Shown here: piece by piece, positions 60,049 through 64,000 of the stretch
How the letters are laid out: the number at the start of each line of letters is the position of its first letter
Numbering within the stretch: the first letter of the stretch is position 1
Assembly: GCA_004431415.1 (NCBI GenBank)
Contig: QPMI01000411.1
Coordinates: 186,001 to 250,000 of the forward strand
Direction of reading: 5' to 3'
Length of the DNA: 64,000 nucleotides
Source of the DNA: Cyanophora paradoxa CCMP329
Lineage: Eukaryota; Plantae; Glaucophyta
The notes under the pieces: generated by a model
Databases searched by the model: none
What the model was told of the DNA's origin: nothing
The model's input: only the letters and a program-made list of their open reading frames with translations
Program-made: the position numbers and the translations under genes

Positions 60049-61499
60049 CAGGCGGCGCGGCCGGCGGCTTCACGCAGTGGGCGATGAACCTGGCTCAGCG
60101 GCGGCAGGAGCTGGCCCGGCTGAAGCAGCTGCAGGCGACGCTGGGCGTGTCGGAGCAGCGGGGCGCCGGCCCCGGGACGAGCCTGAGCGAGGCGCTGCTG
60201 CTGGAAATCATTCGGGACGCGCTGGCAGACGTGGGGGAGGTCCGTTTGAACGAGCTCGGCAAGTACCTCACCCAGCGCACCGGCTTCGCCTTCCAGCAGC
60301 AGCAGGGCGGCCTCAAGGGTGCGTGATCTTGCTCTCCTGTCTGCGCGTGCTCGCGGCCCTGACCGACTGCCCGCGCAGGCTTCATGCTGCGGCACTCGGA
60401 CACCTTCATGATGGTGAACGACCTGCCCGACAACCCCCTCGTCTCCCTCCGCTCCCGCGGGCCCGTGCCCGTCGCCCCAACCCCGCCGCGGCCGCCGCTG
60501 CCGCGGCGGCGGCCGCGGCCGCCTTCTCGAACGGCTACGGGGATCTGCCGGCGCACCTGCACCCGAACGGGAGCGCGAGCGAGCCGGCGTCGCCGGTGAT
60601 CCGGCCGCGCTCCTTCGGGCCGGGCTCGTTCGGGTCGCCCTCGGCGCAGGCCTCGCTCGGCATGCCGCCGCTCCCGCCCCTCCAGCCCAACGACCCCTCG
60701 TACGCCCATCTCCTCGCCTCCCTCTCCGCCCTCGCCGGCAGCGGCAAGCTCCCCGCCAGCCCCCCCGTCGGGCCCCTGCAGATGTCGGCCTTCTCGCCCC
60801 CGATGCTCTCGCCGGGGGCGTCCCCGGCGGGGCCGCGCCCCGGGGGCCTCTCGGGCCCGCCCTCTCTAAGCCCGCCATCGTCGGCGACGGCGAGCCCGAG
60901 CCTCTCGCCCTACGGCAACCCCTCCCCCTCCTCCCCCACCGTCGGCTCCTCGCCCTGGACCCAGCACCACCACCACCACGCCGCCGCCGCCGCCGCCGCC
61001 CGCTTCGGATCCGACCCCCAGAGCATCTGGTCCTCGGCCGCCGCCGCCGCCGCCCTCCGCCAGGTCCAGGCGCAGCACCACGCGGCCGCAGCCGCCGCCG
61101 CTGCCGCCGTCGCGGCGGCGCAGGCCGGCCACAGCCACTACGGGGCGCCCCATTACGGGCACGGCTCCCCCTTCTAGTCCGAGACAGGCACGGGACTGCC
61201 GCCTCCCTGCGTGCAAGGCAGGGCCCCGGCAGGTCTTTTTTGAACGGTGCGGGATCATGCCCCGCACCTCCGAGTGCAACTGTACCCCCAGCGCTTTTGT
61301 CGCTGGCTCACCACAAGGAGAGCCAGCCTTTGCAAGGGTAGCAGGCCCTTTTCAACCTGTTACACAGAGTAATCCCATGCACAGACCTGCATCCATGTTC
61401 TCTGTCTCTGTTGTCAATATCCTTCTCTCCTTTCTTTCCTCTAATACTTGATGTATCAGGTAGATATCATCTTTTGTAGTGTCGGGCACTTTGCGACCT
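60048..61499 (+). pseudogene. Tandem duplicate of the 3' part and 3' flank of the LOTUS/RRM gene (copy of 58237-59689)
   Basis: ~1.45 kb identical except for homopolymer lengths, as far as I compared. Confidence 0.93.
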
Positions 61500-62273
61500 T
61501 AGTCAGAGTTGTAGAGTTTTGGGCCGGGGCTGTGATCACAGTGTCAGTTCTGCGCTTGAGAATTTTGGTTTACAGCATGTAGAGTGCTACCTCCTTATCT
61601 ATGCGATCGTTGTAGCAGAAGTGTGCGAGCGTGAAGCCAAGAGAGATCATGTTTTTATCTCCCGTTTTTATTCCTTCGTTCATTAATTCAGTGTTCGAAT
61701 CCGCCGTGTGATATCCGCTTGCGGACGTGGACCGATTTTTCGCTGCTAGAATGCAGCTTCGGCATCCATATGCTCTGTACATGTGGCATCCACGCCCTCG
61801 TCGTGTGAGGACACCGTCAGTTATCATCAGCTTTCAATAAAACCTGTACATGTCTTTCATAGCATGTCAATAATCAGAAGGCCGATCATGAACAACGACC
61901 CAGCCTGCGGTGCGCGGCCCAGCGGTGCGCGGCCCAGCGCGGGCCTGCAGCTGGCTGGGGCAACTTCAAGTTTCGTAACTTAGTCTTCACATCACTTGTC
62001 AATATTAATGAGCCTCGGACGGAGCCGCGCGCGGTGCCACGTGCACGGGGGGCCGCTGGGTATATATACGTACGCGCACGCGTACGGCCGCGGTGCACGG
62101 ACTTGCAGTGCATGCGTGCCACGGTGCACTGCATGCGCAGCTGCCGCCAGTGCGTGGCAATCGACAATATTACTAGTACTACGGTAATGGTACTAATGGC
62201 AGCTCCGAGGCTCCGATATCGATATGATAACATAAACGTCTGCTGTAACGATGTAACTGCGCTACACATCCCC

Positions 62274-62328
62274 ATAGGCGCCGGCTGACAACTGCGTAGC
62301 TATATATAGGCGCCGGCTGACAACTGCG
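62274..62328. repeat. Short direct repeat
   Basis: ATAGGCGCCGGCTGACAACTGCG twice, 32 nt apart. Confidence 0.8.
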
Positions 62329-62495
62329 AGGCGAATACGCAGCATATGAGGCGATTATACGATGCATTATAACTGCATTATATAAATACGACGTCGATAT
62401 CGATGGCCCAGAATGATGGGCCAACTCTTGAGCATACAGCCGTTAGTTATGCCGATGGGCCGCCTCTCCCTGCAGCCGATCTTCCAGGGCGAGAG

Positions 62496-63822
62496 CTAAT
62501 CGATCTCGTTCGACATGACGATCTGTATTCCCGCCTGCGCGAGCGCGAGCGCTCACCCGGCGCCGGAGAGAGGGGCGTACCCCGGAGGGACGAACCTTCT
62601 CCCACTTGGCCTTCTCCAGGGCGATTGTGTCGAGGCCGATCCCCCGGCACGCGTCCTCCACCACGAACCTGCGCCCCAAACGGGAGGGATGCAGATGAGC
62701 CCCCCGACGAGGCCGTCGCCCCGGCTCGGCGCGGGGCGCGGGGCGCGGCGCACGTGCGGAAGCCGGCGCTGACGGAGTCGAGGGCGCTGTAGCTCACGCA
62801 GTAGTCCGTCGCCAGGCCGCACACGAACACCTCCGTCACCTGCCGCCCCCGGCCGAGGCCGCCGTCACCGGACGCGGCGGAGGGCGCCTCGGATTCGGCC
62901 GGGCGCCTCTGTGGCGCACCCCGCTGGCTCGGAGCAGGCTCGCAAGGTTCGTCTGCTTGCCCCGGTTGTTGTCTGTGCGGGGTACGGAGTCAGACGGGGG
63001 AAGGGGGGGTGGTGGGGGGGCGGGGGGCGTACCCCAGAAGGCGGAGTACGAGTCAATTGTGGGATCGGTGCCCTTGTGAATGATGACGTCCCCGTATGTC
63101 TGCAGGGGGGTGGGAGTGGGGGGTACGTGAGCGATGGAGCGGGCGGCCGTTGCCGACTGCAGGGCTTGAGATCGCGCGGCAGACCCGAGGGGGGGCGAGG
63201 TCCGGGTGGAATTCCGATCCTCTTGTATTCTGAATGCAGTGATCCGGCCACATGACTTGCGTGTACGTCGAGCCCGTCGGCGTTGGCAGCTGCGGCAGGC
63301 GCACGCGCGGCGGTCAGCCAGCCCGGCCGGCGCGGCTGGCCCCGCACGGAGCCCGAGCGCGGCGGCGCGGCGACCTCCTTCGTGGAGAAAGGCGCCTGGC
63401 CGTGCGTGGAGGCGAAGCTAATATGACCGGCTGGGTGCCAGTCTTTCGTGAACCTGTTTGGGTGCGGTCAGATCGACTGCGCGGCCGGCGGGCTCGAGCT
63501 GCCGGAGACTGATCCACGCACACGATCGCGTCCCATTTTATTCTGCTCCTCAGCTCGTTGACGACCGGGACGATATCTTGCCCGTGCGGCACGGCCTGCG
63601 GACGAGTTCAGGGGCCGGGCGAAACCACACACGAGGGCGAGGGGGCTGACAAGATTGCCCCCGTCGCAGAAATCGTTCTGCGCGATACAATTCCGGTATT
63701 ACAATGAGCTCGTATGCGATCAGCCCGACCGCACGCGTGCAGAGCGATCGGCACGCCGGCACCTGAACATCAACACAGAGCAAAGCCCGTTTTGTTCGCT
63801 TCGGGACGGCCTGTGTAGGCAT
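62496..63822 (-). CDS. pncA: Nicotinamidase/pyrazinamidase (isochorismatase family), ~10 exons
   Basis: ALLCVDVQ|NDFC (catalytic Asp), TKDWHPAGHISFAS, WPDHCIQNTRG (metal ligands), IHKG (Lys), CGLATDYCV (Cys). TAG at 62496-62498. An upstream in-frame ATG at 63933 is possible. Confidence 0.93.
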
Positions 63823-64000
63823 CGACGAAGAACGCGGCACTCCTCGTTGAGCAGGCGCATGCGCCGGCTGTGCGACCTGTGCGGGAAGCGGGCCGCTTGG
63901 CCGCCGCTGGTGTGCAGGCTCCGGCGGGCTCATAATGCTGACGCTCCTAACTGAAAGTGTGCTTTACACGCCAGTGCCGTCTCGTGAGGGAGGGATCGAG

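Noticed and set aside
61570-61827. 85-aa minus-strand ORF
   Set aside because: No recognisable motif, codon usage unlike host genes and no clear splice structure. It cannot be supported, though a degraded element is possible.

Overview
This is gene-dense, GC-rich eukaryotic nuclear DNA with many short (~50-90 nt) spliceosomal introns, so most long entries in the ORF track are intron read-through or antisense shadows. Phe-starting plastid transit peptides (MFVA..., MSFA...) suggest an alga with a primary plastid, most likely a glaucophyte such as Cyanophora (inference). I reconstructed 12 multi-exon genes by hand: a giant repeat-rich multi-TM surface protein; a plastid COG0523/CobW metallochaperone head-to-head with a CPBP-like protein; a ~17 kb single-pass surface-protein gene; IMP1 peptidase; an AREL1-like filamin-HECT ligase; a coiled-coil protein; a myristoylated LRR protein; a hybrid histidine kinase; a protein ending in a beta-barrel domain; a LOTUS+RRM RNA-binding protein; and nicotinamidase. 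The most notable feature is a 5'-truncated non-LTR retrotransposon (33919-36566). Its 18-bp target-site duplication copies the host gene's 3' splice site, so the element could be spliced out. It also carries an unusual C-terminal extension (second zinc finger, NLS, PIP-box-like motif) and a highly structured 3' tail. Other highlights: frequent GC-AG introns, a tandem duplication with a templated insert and a template-switch micro-inversion (59690-61499), a 66-bp near-perfect palindrome, and an intron present in some repeat units but not another. Homopolymer indels suggest long-read errors, so apparent frameshifts are treated cautiously. All domain assignments are by eye, with no database search.
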